In this document: positions 29,946-39,893 of the stretch, in pieces | Position numbering within the stretch: position 1 is the stretch's first letter | Layout of the letters: every line of letters starts with the position of its first letter | Assembly (NCBI RefSeq): GCF_008974325.1 | Contig: NZ_BKCG01000007.1 | Span: 1-64,000, forward strand | Direction: 5' to 3' | Origin: Patiriisocius marinus | GTDB taxonomy: Bacteria; Bacteroidota; Bacteroidia; Flavobacteriales; Flavobacteriaceae | DNA: 64,000 nucleotides | Position numbers and translations under genes: made by a program | Notes under the pieces: model-generated | Databases searched by the model: none | What the model was told of the DNA's origin: nothing | The model's input: only the letters and a program-made list of their open reading frames with translations

Positions 29946-29980
29946 TGTAGCCGATGTATTTATTACATCGGCTTTTTTTA
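29946..29980 (+). terminator. Rho-independent terminator after bioB (agccgatgta...tacatcggct followed by TTTTTTT)
   Basis: 10-bp stem plus T7. Confidence 0.55.
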
Positions 29981-30042
29981 TGCTTTCTTTAAAAACTCTT
30001 TATGGCTAAGTTTCGTAAGTTTGTTAACCCTCATAACAGACT

Positions 30043-30906
30043 ATGCAGCTCAAGGAAATAGAACGTATACAAACCATTACTAGTAAAGATTTCTACAAGA
30101 AATATTTCAAAACTCAAACACCTGTGGTTATTGAAAATTTTATTGAAGATTGGCCCGCATTTACTAAATGGAATCTAGATTATATGGCAGAAGTAGCTGG
30201 TGATAAAGAAGTGCCTTTATACGATGATAGACCAGTACATCATAAAGATGGCTTTAATGAACCACATGCCACGATGAAAATGAGTGAGTATATTGCGCTT
30301 TTGAAAAGAGAGCCAACAAAGTATCGTATTTTTCTTTGGAATGTGTTAAAAGAAGTTCCTACGCTTCAAAAAGACTATAAATGGCCAGACTTTGGTTTAA
30401 AGCTTATGAAAGGATTGCCTATGTTGTTTTTTGGTGGGACTGATAGTTACACATTTATGCATCACGACATTGATTTAGCTAATATTTTTCATTTTCATTT
30501 TCAAGGTAAGAAAGAAGTAATTCTCTTTGATCAAAAGCAGAATGATTATTTATATAAAGTTCCGCATTCATTAATCTCAAGAGAGGATATTGATTTTTCT
30601 AAACCAGATTATAAAAAATGGCCGGCTTTAAAAAAAGCAAACGGATTTAAAACACACTTAAATCACGGTGAGGTATTGTACATGCCAGAAGGTTATTGGC
30701 ATTATATGAAATATAAAACACCAGGGTTCTCTATGAGTTTACGTGCTGTGCCGCGAAATCCTTTACGACTAGGTCGCGCTGTTTACAATGTGTTTTTTAT
30801 GCGTCATTTTGATAATTTAATGCGTCGTTTAAAGGGGCAGCAGTGGATTGATTGGAAAAATGAACAAGCAGTTATTAGAACTAATGAGAAGTTAGGTATT
30901 AAATAA
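30043..30906 (+). CDS. Cupin-like / JmjC-domain protein
   Basis: The pattern DWPAFTKWNLDYM...HHDIDLANIFHFHFQGKKEVILF is typical of the cupin_8/JmjC hydroxylase fold. Confidence 0.5.
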   Translation: MQLKEIERIQTITSKDFYKKYFKTQTPVVIENFIEDWPAFTKWNLDYMAEVAGDKEVPLYDDRPVHHKDGFNEPHATMKMSEYIALLKREPTKYRIFLWNVLKEVPTLQKDYKWPDFGLKLMKGLPMLFFGGTDSYTFMHHDIDLANIFHFHFQGKKEVILFDQKQNDYLYKVPHSLISREDIDFSKPDYKKWPALKKANGFKTHLNHGEVLYMPEGYWHYMKYKTPGFSMSLRAVPRNPLRLGRAVYNVFFMRHFDNLMRRLKGQQWIDWKNEQAVIRTNEKLGIK

Positions 30907-31375
30907 CCTCCTTAACCTTTTCCCAGACCATCCCAGATTCCCAACCACGGTAGATCATATAATCAGCAAACTTTTTTCTTTTTTTTTGAGAATTTGTCTC
31001 TGTTTTTAATTGAAGTAATCTTTTTTTGGCTAGACCGTCAAAAGTTGTATAGTACTCATAATCAGGTATTTCTTTAAGGGCTTTCTTAATGTTATATGCT
31101 GAAATATGCCTGAATTTCAATTCGCGTGTTATTCTCACCTTACCCCACTTTTTTTGTCTGAACTTTCCACGAGCAAAAGCTTCAGCAAAGCGTGTTTCAT
31201 TTAAAAAATTATGTTGTATTAAGTGGCTTAGAATTTCATCAATTGCTAATGGAATCATTCCCATATCTCGTAATTTTTGTCCCACTTCTTTATGACAGCG
31301 TTCTTGATACACACAGTAGCGTTCTATAGATCGCTTTGCTTCCTCAACAGTGTATGTTTTTTTAGTTTGCTGCAT
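30899..31375 (-). CDS. recX: Regulatory protein RecX
   Basis: IERYCVYQERCHKEVGQKL...NETRFAEAFARGKFRQKKWGKVRI fits the RecX repeats. Confidence 0.7.
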   Translation of the reverse strand: MQQTKKTYTVEEAKRSIERYCVYQERCHKEVGQKLRDMGMIPLAIDEILSHLIQHNFLNETRFAEAFARGKFRQKKWGKVRITRELKFRHISAYNIKKALKEIPDYEYYTTFDGLAKKRLLQLKTETNSQKKRKKFADYMIYRGWESGMVWEKVKEVI

Positions 31376-31482
31376 TTATTGTAAAAGTACTATATTTTCA
31401 ACTTCAATTAGCTTTTGTTATTATTCCAAAAACGTGTATAATGATAGCAGTTTTTAAATTAATATTTCTGAAATTATTAAAA

Positions 31483-31522
31483 ATAAAAAAACCCCCAATA
31501 GCAAAAGCCATTGGGGGTTTGT
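31483..31522 (-). terminator. Rho-independent terminator of rng (aaacccccaatggcttttgctattgggggttt followed by TTTTTTT on the minus strand)
   Basis: Strong GC stem directly after the rng stop. Confidence 0.55.
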
Positions 31523-31524
31523 GG

Positions 31525-33066
31525 TTATTTAATCTTGTTACCACTCTTGTCAAAGAAGTGATACTCTAGATACGTGTAAGCATCTCTTGGTTGTATTTTC
31601 ACCCATTTTTTATGCTCCATAAACCACTTATGGCGCAATGATGGAAAACCTTTTGTTAAAAAGGCTGCTATAAAAGGATGCGCACTAAGCGTAATGTTTT
31701 TATAGTCTTGCTTGAAGAGTCTTTTAACTTCTTCGGTAATTTTTTGTACCACTACTATAGGCGCTTCAATTTCTCCGCTTTCAGTCCCTGGGGCTTCTTC
31801 GCGTGTTTTAATATTCATTTCAGGCCTAACGCGCTGGCGCGTAATCTGGATAAGTCCAAATTTTGACGGAGGCAAAATCTTGTGCTTTGCTCTGTCATCT
31901 TTCATTTCGTCTCGCATATGATCGTAGAGTGCTTTTCTATTTTTAGCTTGCGCCATATCAATAAAATCGATCACGATAATCCCACCCATATCACGTAAAC
32001 GTAATTGTCGAGCCACTTCACTGGCTGCGATCATGTTTACTTCTAAAGCAGTTGCTTCTTGGTTATTAGATTTGTTGCTACGATTTCCACTATTCACGTC
32101 GATAACGTGCATTGCTTCTGTGTGTTCAACAACTAAGTACGTTCCTTTTGAACCGGAAACGGTACGACCAAAGCTTGTTTTTATCTGTCTTTCAATCCCA
32201 AATTTCTCGTACATTGGGACATTAGAGTCATATAACTTAACGATGTTTTCCTTACCAGGTGCAATTTCTTGCACATAATCTTTTATTTGTAAATAGAGTG
32301 TCTCATCATCAATATGAATTGCAGAAAACGAATCGTTAAATACGTCTCTAATCATTGATGCTCCTCTATTTAATTCACTTAACACCTTACTTGGGTGGTG
32401 TGCCCCTTGTAGCTTTTTGCACATCGCTGTCCAGCGATCTACTAGATTTTGTAAATCTTTATCCAGTTCTGCTACTTTTTTGCCTTCTGCTACGGTGCGT
32501 ATAATAACACCAAATCCTTTAGGTCTAATACTTGTAATTAGACGTTTAAGTCTGTCTTTTTCTTCACGACTTTCTATTTTTTGAGAAACAGAAATTCGAT
32601 CTGAAAAAGGTACAAGAACGATATAACGGCCAGCTATTGAAAGCTCACTACTTATACGTGGTCCTTTTGTGGATATAGGTTCTTTAACGACCTGTACCAG
32701 AATAGATTGATTGTTTTTGATGGCATTATTTATGCCTCCATTTTTATCAATCTCCTTATCAAATGGGAAATCTTTTAAAGTATAATCTTTAAGTTTACCT
32801 GTGCTTACACGTTTAACGAACTTCAACATTGAAGAAATTTTAGGACCTAGATCATGATAGTGTAAAAAACCATCTTTTTCATAGCCTACATTGACAAATG
32901 CAGCGTTAAGTCCCGGCACAGTTTTACGTACTTTAGCGAGAAATACATCTCCTACCGCAAAATTGTTAGCCTCTTCTTCTTTGTTTAATTCAATTAGTCT
33001 TCCATCTTTTAAAAGAGCAAAATCAACTTCTTGCGAACTGGATCTAATAAATAATTCGTAGTTCAC
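31525..33066 (-). CDS. rng: Ribonuclease E/G family protein (RNase G)
   Basis: N-terminal S1 domain (VGDVFLAKVRKTVPGLNAAFVNVG), DNase-I-like and Zn-link regions; 513 aa. Confidence 0.8.
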   Translation of the reverse strand: MNYELFIRSSSQEVDFALLKDGRLIELNKEEEANNFAVGDVFLAKVRKTVPGLNAAFVNVGYEKDGFLHYHDLGPKISSMLKFVKRVSTGKLKDYTLKDFPFDKEIDKNGGINNAIKNNQSILVQVVKEPISTKGPRISSELSIAGRYIVLVPFSDRISVSQKIESREEKDRLKRLITSIRPKGFGVIIRTVAEGKKVAELDKDLQNLVDRWTAMCKKLQGAHHPSKVLSELNRGASMIRDVFNDSFSAIHIDDETLYLQIKDYVQEIAPGKENIVKLYDSNVPMYEKFGIERQIKTSFGRTVSGSKGTYLVVEHTEAMHVIDVNSGNRSNKSNNQEATALEVNMIAASEVARQLRLRDMGGIIVIDFIDMAQAKNRKALYDHMRDEMKDDRAKHKILPPSKFGLIQITRQRVRPEMNIKTREEAPGTESGEIEAPIVVVQKITEEVKRLFKQDYKNITLSAHPFIAAFLTKGFPSLRHKWFMEHKKWVKIQPRDAYTYLEYHFFDKSGNKIK

Positions 33067-33340
33067 GTTACATTAATTTATATCCGTTTAAACAAAGGCA
33101 TATCATGCCATTTGACAAAAACAGATGGATTAAACAATAATTTTATCACAGGTTTTGTGTATTTCTATTCTGAAATATTCAAAATAGAAAAAACCCGTCG
33201 AAACCAAACACGCTTAACAGGTGATAAGTGTATCTAATTTCATTTTCAAAGAACTATTTTTGTATTAAATTACTTTAATACTTAAGAGAACAACGTTCTC
33301 TCAATGCTTTCTATTATCAATACGATATTGATAAAAAAAG

Positions 33341-33370
33341 AAAAAGTAGTTTAAAACTACTTTTTCTTGT
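33341..33370. terminator. Palindromic hairpin aagtagttttaaaactactt with T/A runs on both sides; candidate bidirectional terminator ending the hupB-small basic protein transcript.
   Basis: 8-bp stem with a ttaa loop; it overlaps the stop codon of the 29-aa basic protein gene. Confidence 0.4.
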
Positions 33371-33446
33371 GACGGTTAGCACGTCTTCTCTTCTTACGCT
33401 TGTGCGTAGCGACCTTATGTCTTTTTCTTTTTTTACCGCTTGGCAT
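33358..33446 (-). CDS. 29-aa extremely basic protein MPSGKKRKRHKVATHKRKKRRRANRHKKK, likely the Bacteroidetes bTHX-like small ribosomal protein. It is absent from the ORF track because it is so short.
   Basis: ATG at 33444-33446 (minus strand), stop TAG at 33358-33360; 18 of 29 residues are Lys/Arg/His. Lies 41 nt downstream of hupB on the same strand. The bTHX identification is from memory. Confidence 0.45.
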
Positions 33447-33487
33447 ATTTATTTGATTTATATCCTCCCAAAGGAGAACGATTATAA

Positions 33488-33778
33488 TTATTTAACTTCA
33501 ACGTTTGTTTTAACACCTTCAACAAATACTTTTGCTGGCTTAAAAGCTGGGATGTTATGTGCGGGGATCTTAATCGTAGTGTTTTTTGAAATGTTACGAC
33601 CTGTTTTTTCAGCTCTAGTTTTGATAATAAAACTTCCAAAACCTCTTAAATATACGTTGTCTCCACCTTCTAAAGAGGTTTTAACTTCGTTCATAAATGT
33701 TTCAACAGTAGCTTGAACATCTCCTTTTTCCATTCCTAATTTCTCTGAAATCTTCGCTACGATATCTGCTTTCGTCAT
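33488..33778 (-). CDS. hupB: HU-family DNA-binding protein
   Basis: GFGSF...R.GRNP.T and the arm motif RGFGSFIIKTRAEKTGRNISKNTTIKIPA. Confidence 0.85.
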   Translation of the reverse strand: MTKADIVAKISEKLGMEKGDVQATVETFMNEVKTSLEGGDNVYLRGFGSFIIKTRAEKTGRNISKNTTIKIPAHNIPAFKPAKVFVEGVKTNVEVK

Positions 33779-34075
33779 GTTTGCTATAATTTAATTTTAC
33801 GTTTCAATTTTTTTTAAGACGGCAAATATAACAATTTTAATATCAATAAGTCAAAAGGTAATGCATTAAAAACAAATACTTAACATAATATTTTGAACCT
33901 TATAAAACAAAACTAAAATTACGATAGTCAGTCGTAAAACTTTCTGAAAATAAATACGTTAGCTTTTTTTATTGCTAATTAAAAATAACACTACTTAAAA
34001 GTGTTTCCCGATTCAAATTTAATAATTAAAAAATAAATTCTGAAACTTTAAGTGATAGAAGCGTATTTTTGAATA

Positions 34076-35140
34076 ATGGCTGTCCAAAAAGAATTGTTTT
34101 CTAGTAGAATAATGTCGTGGTATACTTCTAATAAAAGAGATTTACCTTGGCGAAATACTAATGACCCCTTTAAAATTTGGCTTTCTGAAATTATTTTGCA
34201 GCAAACTCGTGTTGATCAAGGGATGCCTTACTACTATAAATTTATTGAAGCCTTTCCTACTATTAAGGACTTAGCTAGTGCTCCACAAGAACAGGTTTTA
34301 AAATTATGGCAAGGTTTAGGGTATTACTCTCGCGCTAGAAATTTACATATAGCTGCGCAATTTATTGCAACAGAGTTGGATGGGGAGTTTCCAATTACCT
34401 ATAAGGACTTATTAGCTCTAAAAGGAGTGGGTGATTATACGGCTAGTGCTGTAGGTTCTATTTGTTACAATTTACCTACTGCTGTTGTTGATGGAAATGT
34501 ATATCGTGTTTTGTCAAGACTTTTTGGTATTGCTACACCTATTAATACAACTGAAGGTATTAAGGAGTTTAAAAAACTAGCGCAACACTTGTTGTTTAAA
34601 AAAGATACAGGGACTTATAATCAGGCTGTAATGGAGTTTGGAGCAAGATTCTGCACACCAGCAAATCCGGACTGTGACCATTGTATTTTTAATGACTCTT
34701 GTGTGGCTTATAAAACTGAAAGAGTTTCTGAGCTTCCTGTTAAGTTGAAAAAAACAAAGGTTAGAAAACGTTATTTCAATTATATAGTTCTTTTAGATTC
34801 GGAATTACAGACTAAATTACATCAACGCACCGAAAAAGGAATTTGGCAGCAACTTTATCAATTTCCATTAGTGGAAACTAATAAAATTGTGACTTCTGTT
34901 GAGTTGATGAAAGATGATTGTTTTAAGAAAATTGAAAGTGAATACAAATTAGAGGAACTCATTTTGTTTAACGAAGTACCTGTTATTCATAAGTTGTCTC
35001 ATCAACATTTAATTACTCATTTTTGGATAGTTTCAGTAAAAAGCACGATTGAAAATGGAATTAAAATTTCGGCTTTGCCAGATTATGCTGTGCCGGTGCT
35101 TATCGAAAATTTTATTTCAAAATTCCCTCCATTCAAATAA
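34076..35140 (+). CDS. mutY: A/G-specific adenine DNA glycosylase
   Basis: HhH-GPD domain, the [4Fe-4S] cysteine cluster CTPANPDCDHCIFNDSC, and a C-terminal NUDIX-like domain. Confidence 0.85.
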   Translation: MAVQKELFSSRIMSWYTSNKRDLPWRNTNDPFKIWLSEIILQQTRVDQGMPYYYKFIEAFPTIKDLASAPQEQVLKLWQGLGYYSRARNLHIAAQFIATELDGEFPITYKDLLALKGVGDYTASAVGSICYNLPTAVVDGNVYRVLSRLFGIATPINTTEGIKEFKKLAQHLLFKKDTGTYNQAVMEFGARFCTPANPDCDHCIFNDSCVAYKTERVSELPVKLKKTKVRKRYFNYIVLLDSELQTKLHQRTEKGIWQQLYQFPLVETNKIVTSVELMKDDCFKKIESEYKLEELILFNEVPVIHKLSHQHLITHFWIVSVKSTIENGIKISALPDYAVPVLIENFISKFPPFK

Positions 35141-35237
35141 GCGTTTTTTTAGCTATATTTAAATCTCAAAACCTACCTTTGTTTATTCTGAACTTAGTTG
35201 AGAATAAGCGTAAATTGTAGTTGAAAAAAGAAACGAT

Positions 35238-35687
35238 ATGAATGGTACTTTAAATAAAGTGATGCTTATAGGGCATACTGGAGACGAAATTAAAATGCAT
35301 TATTTTGATGGTGGTGGATGTATAGGTAGATTTCCTTTAGCTACTAACGATTCGTATACTAATAAATCTACTGGTGAGCGTATTGAAAATACTGAATGGC
35401 ACAACATTGTTATGCGTAACAAAATGGCTGAAGCTTGCGAAAAGTATTTGAAAAAAGGGGACAAAATTTACATTGAAGGCCGAATAAAAAATAGAAAATG
35501 GCAGGATGATAGCGGTAATGATCGTTATAGTACGGAAATTCAGTGTATAGATTTTAATTTCCTTACTCCTAAACCTCAGGGGCAGGGTGCGCCTGTTGCA
35601 AATAGTGGCACGCAGTCTGCAGCTACTCCAGCGCAAACACAAAATATTCAAGAACCTGGTAATGATAACGACGATTTACCTTTTTAA
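35238..35687 (+). CDS. ssb: Single-stranded DNA-binding protein
   Basis: OB fold (NKVMLIGHTGDE...), Gly/Gln-rich tail and the C-terminal tip DNDDLPF. Confidence 0.9.
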   Translation: MNGTLNKVMLIGHTGDEIKMHYFDGGGCIGRFPLATNDSYTNKSTGERIENTEWHNIVMRNKMAEACEKYLKKGDKIYIEGRIKNRKWQDDSGNDRYSTEIQCIDFNFLTPKPQGQGAPVANSGTQSAATPAQTQNIQEPGNDNDDLPF

Positions 35688-35706
35688 TAAATTGATTTAA
35701 ACCGCT

Positions 35707-37035
35707 GTGGATATAGAGCCTCCTAGTACCCTTTTAATTTCTCTTATTAGTGCAACGAGCATTACAAGCATTTTACTTTTATTGGTGTTGCTATTGTGTT
35801 CTGCATTAATTTCGGGTGCAGAAAATGCATTTTTTTCGCTTACCTCAACAGATTTAGATGCTGGGGAAGAAAAGGAAGTGTCTAAAAAAATGCAAATTGT
35901 CGCTAAACTGCTCGATAAACCTAAAAAATTATTAGCTACAATTTTAGTAGCAAATAACTTTATAAATATCGCCATCGTATTATTATTTGATTCGTTGGGT
36001 GAAGTCTTTTTTGCCGATATTACGGCAGTATGGTGGGGTATTAATGTGCGATTTATTGTCGAAGTGGGTGTTGTTACTTTTATGATTTTGCTATTTGGAG
36101 AAATTCTTCCTAAAATTTACGCAAGCAGAAACAGTGTTGTATTTGCAACATTTATGGCTTATCCTCTTAGAGTTTTAGATTTTTTAATTACACCGTTAAG
36201 TATGCCTATGCGTGCTGCAACGATAGCAATTCATGAGAAATTTGGGAAACAGAAATCTAATATTTCAGTAGATCAATTGTCGCAGGCGCTTGAACTTACT
36301 GATGAAACAGATACGACACACGAAGAGCAGAAAATTTTACAAGGGATTGTGACTTTTGGTAATACAGATACCAAGCAGGTGATGAAAAATAGGATGGATA
36401 TTTTTGCTCTAAATGAAGCCCTTGAATATAAAGATATTTTACCTGACATTATTGCGCATGGATATTCTAGAATCCCTGTTTTTAAGGATAATGTAGATAA
36501 TATTACGGGTATTCTTTATGTGAAAGATTTAATACCTTTCATAGACCGCACAACTCTAGATTGGACATCGCTTAAGAGGGCCCCTTATTTTGTTCCTGAA
36601 AACAAAAAACTGGACGATTTACTTAATGAGTTTAAAAAAATGAAAATGCACCTCGCTATCGTTGTTGATGAGTATGGTGGAACAAGTGGATTAATTTCAT
36701 TAGAGGATATTATTGAAGAAATAGTAGGTGAAATTAGTGATGAGTTTGATGATGAAGATTTGATTTTTTCAAAACTTGATGAGAACAATTTTATATTTGA
36801 AGGTAAAACAGCTTTAAAAGACTTTTATAAAGTAATTGGGCTTGAAGATATCACTGTTTTTGAGGATAGTAAAGGCGAAGCCGAAACGTTAGCAGGGTTT
36901 CTATTAGAGGTTTCGAAAGGTTTTCCTAAAAAGAACGAAGTAATAACGCACCGTAACTTTGCGTTTACTATTGAAGCGTTTGAAAACAAGCGAATAAAAC
37001 AAATTAAACTGTCAATTTTACCTACAATTTCATGA
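35707..37035 (+). CDS. gldE: Gliding-motility protein GldE (CNNM/CorC-HlyC family: DUF21 TM domain, two CBS domains and a CorC_HlyC domain)
   Basis: The domain order, and the ssb-gldE-gldD arrangement described for Flavobacterium johnsoniae. Confidence 0.7.
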   Translation: MDIEPPSTLLISLISATSITSILLLLVLLLCSALISGAENAFFSLTSTDLDAGEEKEVSKKMQIVAKLLDKPKKLLATILVANNFINIAIVLLFDSLGEVFFADITAVWWGINVRFIVEVGVVTFMILLFGEILPKIYASRNSVVFATFMAYPLRVLDFLITPLSMPMRAATIAIHEKFGKQKSNISVDQLSQALELTDETDTTHEEQKILQGIVTFGNTDTKQVMKNRMDIFALNEALEYKDILPDIIAHGYSRIPVFKDNVDNITGILYVKDLIPFIDRTTLDWTSLKRAPYFVPENKKLDDLLNEFKKMKMHLAIVVDEYGGTSGLISLEDIIEEIVGEISDEFDDEDLIFSKLDENNFIFEGKTALKDFYKVIGLEDITVFEDSKGEAETLAGFLLEVSKGFPKKNEVITHRNFAFTIEAFENKRIKQIKLSILPTIS

Positions 37036-37586
37036 GAATAGCTGTGATGCTTATTATGTTATTAACACTCTTGTCTTGCGGAGATGATGTGTTAGTGAAG
37101 CCAAATGCAAAACTTAGACTTGATTACCCAGCTCCATCATTTCATAAAACAATGACAGAATGCGACTATAATTTTATGATGAGTGATTTTGCTGAATTTC
37201 AAAAAAGCAGAAATTGTGGCTCAAAAATTCATTACCCAGGAATGAATGCAACAGTTTATTTGACGTATCAAGAAATTAAAAACAACAATTTAGACTCGTT
37301 GTTATATGATGCTCAAAAGCTTGCTTATAATCACGATAGTAGGGCAAATGGTATTCCTGAGCAATTATTTGTGAATCCTGAAAATCGCACTTATGGTATG
37401 TTTTATAGTATCAACGGAAACGCTGCGAGCCAATCTCATTTTTATTTAACTGACAGCATTAGGCATTTTGTAACTGGCTCACTTTACTTTGAGGCGAAGC
37501 CTAATTTTGATTCGATTTATCCAGCAGTAGTGTATCTAAGAGATGATATTAGAACTATGATGGAAACTATGGAGTGGGAGCAATAA
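37032..37586 (+). CDS. gldD: Gliding-motility lipoprotein GldD
   Basis: Lipoprotein signal LLTLLSCGD; ~185 aa; immediately downstream of and overlapping gldE. Confidence 0.6.
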   Translation: MRIAVMLIMLLTLLSCGDDVLVKPNAKLRLDYPAPSFHKTMTECDYNFMMSDFAEFQKSRNCGSKIHYPGMNATVYLTYQEIKNNNLDSLLYDAQKLAYNHDSRANGIPEQLFVNPENRTYGMFYSINGNAASQSHFYLTDSIRHFVTGSLYFEAKPNFDSIYPAVVYLRDDIRTMMETMEWEQ

Positions 37587-37633
37587 GTTTAAACTTAAAA
37601 TCTCATCTTTGCATCTTCTAAAAACCTGAAGTA

Positions 37634-38512
37634 TTGCTAATGAAAAGTATTCCAAAAAAATGGATTTATCTCATCATCCTTTCTGCAGTTTGGGGGAGTT
37701 CATTTATTCTTATTAAAAAGGCGCTAATAGGCTTAACGCCATTACAACTTGGAGCTTTACGTACCTTGTTTGCTGCTACTTTTTTATTGCTTATTGGGTT
37801 TCCATATTTAAAGAAAATTGAAATACATAAATGGAAGTGGATAGCTATTTCAGCATTTTTAGGAACTTTTATTCCGGCATTTTTATTTGCTTTTGCAGAA
37901 ACTGAAATAGATAGCGCTGTAGCGTCGATACTTAATTCTACTACACCTATTATGACCTTAATATTAGGTGCGGTACTTTTTAGTATAACTTTTACACGCA
38001 ATCAGTTAATAGGTGTTTTTGTGGGTTTGATAGGAAGTATGTTGCTTATATGGAGCGGTGCAGATGTAAACCCTGATCAAAATTACTGGTATGCAACACT
38101 AATTTTATTGGCTTCCATTTGTTATGCATTTAATGTAAATATTATAAAAAGACATTTGCAAGAAATTCCTGCAATGGCAATTGCTGTGGGTAATTTTATA
38201 GTATTGATTATTCCTGCTTTTTTAGTATTACTTTTTTCAGATTTTTTTACTACTGAAACGCTACATAATCCAGAGGTTCACACAGCATTGGGGTATTTAG
38301 TGATACTTGCAGTAGTGGGTACTGGAGTTGCAAAAGTGATGTTTAATAAGTTAGTGCAAATGAGTACGCCTGTGTTTGCATCTTCAGTAACATACACAAT
38401 TCCCATTATAGCATTATTATGGGGTTTTCTTGATGGAGAAACTTTTACTTTATGGCAAGGTGGAGCGGCACTTGTTATTTTACTAGGTGTTTTATTGACT
38501 AATAGAAAGTAA
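37634..38512 (+). CDS. EamA-family (DMT superfamily) transporter
   Basis: Ten TM helices arranged as two EamA repeats. Confidence 0.7.
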   Translation: MLMKSIPKKWIYLIILSAVWGSSFILIKKALIGLTPLQLGALRTLFAATFLLLIGFPYLKKIEIHKWKWIAISAFLGTFIPAFLFAFAETEIDSAVASILNSTTPIMTLILGAVLFSITFTRNQLIGVFVGLIGSMLLIWSGADVNPDQNYWYATLILLASICYAFNVNIIKRHLQEIPAMAIAVGNFIVLIIPAFLVLLFSDFFTTETLHNPEVHTALGYLVILAVVGTGVAKVMFNKLVQMSTPVFASSVTYTIPIIALLWGFLDGETFTLWQGGAALVILLGVLLTNRK

Positions 38513-38523
38513 TCTTAATATGA

Positions 38524-39882
38524 TTACTTTTTAACAATTTTAAATACTTTTTTTTGTCCAGTGTTGTTTTTTATTTCTAAGAAATAGATGCTAGATGCCC
38601 AATTCTCGATATCAATTTTATGCTGGAAAGTTTTAGAATGCCATATATTGTTACCTAAAATAGATGTAACATTCATCTGTGCAAGGGTGTCACTATCTCC
38701 ACTTTTTATAAATAATGCGGTATCTGCAGGATTAGGGTGAATTTTTATTGTGTTTAATTGTTTTTCTGGGTTATTTAGAATTAGTAAATTTTCATACCAT
38801 ACAATCGTATCATCATTTTGAGAGGCGCGCACCGCATCAATATCACCGTCGTTGTCAATGTCTACTGCTAAACATTTAGACCCTGCAAATTCTGTTTCTA
38901 TTTCTTGTTGATCACCAAAACTACCTAAACCATTTAAGTTTTCGTACCATTTTAAGGTTGGTGAATTAACGGATGAAGTTAAAATGTCTACATCATTGTC
39001 ATTGTCAAAATCTGCTAACGCAACTCCTGATGGGTTATCAGTCGATGAGATTATTTACTCATCACCAAAATTCCCAAGTCCATCTATATTCTCGTACCAA
39101 ACAAATTTATCTAACGCTAGATATACTCCTAAAATATCTATATCACCATCTCCATCAAAATCTGCTGCTCTTATTCGACTTGCGGCAAGGCCATTTCCGC
39201 CAATAGCATTCTTGATTCCAAAATTCCCAAAACCATCATTATTTTCGAGCCAATAAATATTAACCTTACCAGTCGAATCACTTACTAAATCTAAATCTCC
39301 ATCACTATCAATGTCTTCCATAATTAAAGAGCGAGAGCTAGAAATAGTGCTGTCTATAATTATTGCACTACCGAAAGTTGCTTGACTGTCTAAATTTTCA
39401 TACCATTCAATTCTAGAGGCATCACCGCTAGACATAATGTCTAAATCTCCATCTGCATCAATATCTTCAATTAAAATAAAGAATGTATTAATGGTATTTG
39501 AGTTAATTAATTTTTGAGTGCTAAAATTTCCTTGCCCGTCAAGGTTTTCATACCAAACTATCCGTTGATCTGGTATGGTGGAGGCAATAATGTCTATATC
39601 TCCATCTCCATCCAAGTCACCATGAGTAACCATACTTGTTTGGTTTAAAAACCCAACTTCATTGGGGATAAATGACTCACCACCATCAACATTTTTATAC
39701 CAAGATACATTGCTGCCAAATCTATTGGCAGCAATAATATCATTAAATCCATCACCATCAATATCTGCCCAATCAATCCATCGAACACCATCTGCCGTTG
39801 TTGTAATTGGTTTTGAATCTGAGAATTGAGCGGAGATTATTATAGTTTGAATTAAACAAATAAAAAGAAATAGCGTTTTCAT
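38524..39882 (-). pseudogene. T9SS-secreted FG-GAP/VCBS-like repeat protein interrupted by a single in-frame TAA at 39055-39057. The two ORFs 39055..39882 and 38524..38832 belong to one continuous reading frame.
   Basis: Signal peptide MKTLFLFICLIQTIIISAQ. Seven repeats (D.DGDGD.DI....WYENLDG.GNFG). The minus-strand frame reads ...WYENIDGLGNFGDE*IISSTDNPSGVALADFDNDNDVDI...WYENLNGLGSFGDQQEIE... and ends in a type-A T9SS CTD (KIHPNPADTALFIKSGD...IYFLEIKNNTGQKKVFKIVKK). The repeat register points to a Gln codon (CAA) at the stop position. Confidence 0.6.
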
Positions 39883-39893
39883 ATAGAACTAAT

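Noticed and set aside
33309-33334. Hairpin tatcaata-cga-tattgata followed by an A-run, considered as a terminator
   Set aside because: The run is A-rich on the plus strand and precedes rather than follows the stem on the minus strand, so the orientation is wrong for an intrinsic terminator in either direction.
33369-33716. ORFs 33369..33716(+) and 33433..33639(-)
   Set aside because: They overlap hupB and the 29-aa basic-protein gene, whose products are clearly recognisable; these are alternative frames of the same DNA.
35697-35975. ORF 35697..35975(-) and other antisense ORFs inside glmS/bioB/rng/ahcY/uppP (e.g. 28958..29206, 29618..29938, 31678..31921, 42383..43433, 61457..61852)
   Set aside because: They are embedded antisense to strongly supported housekeeping genes.
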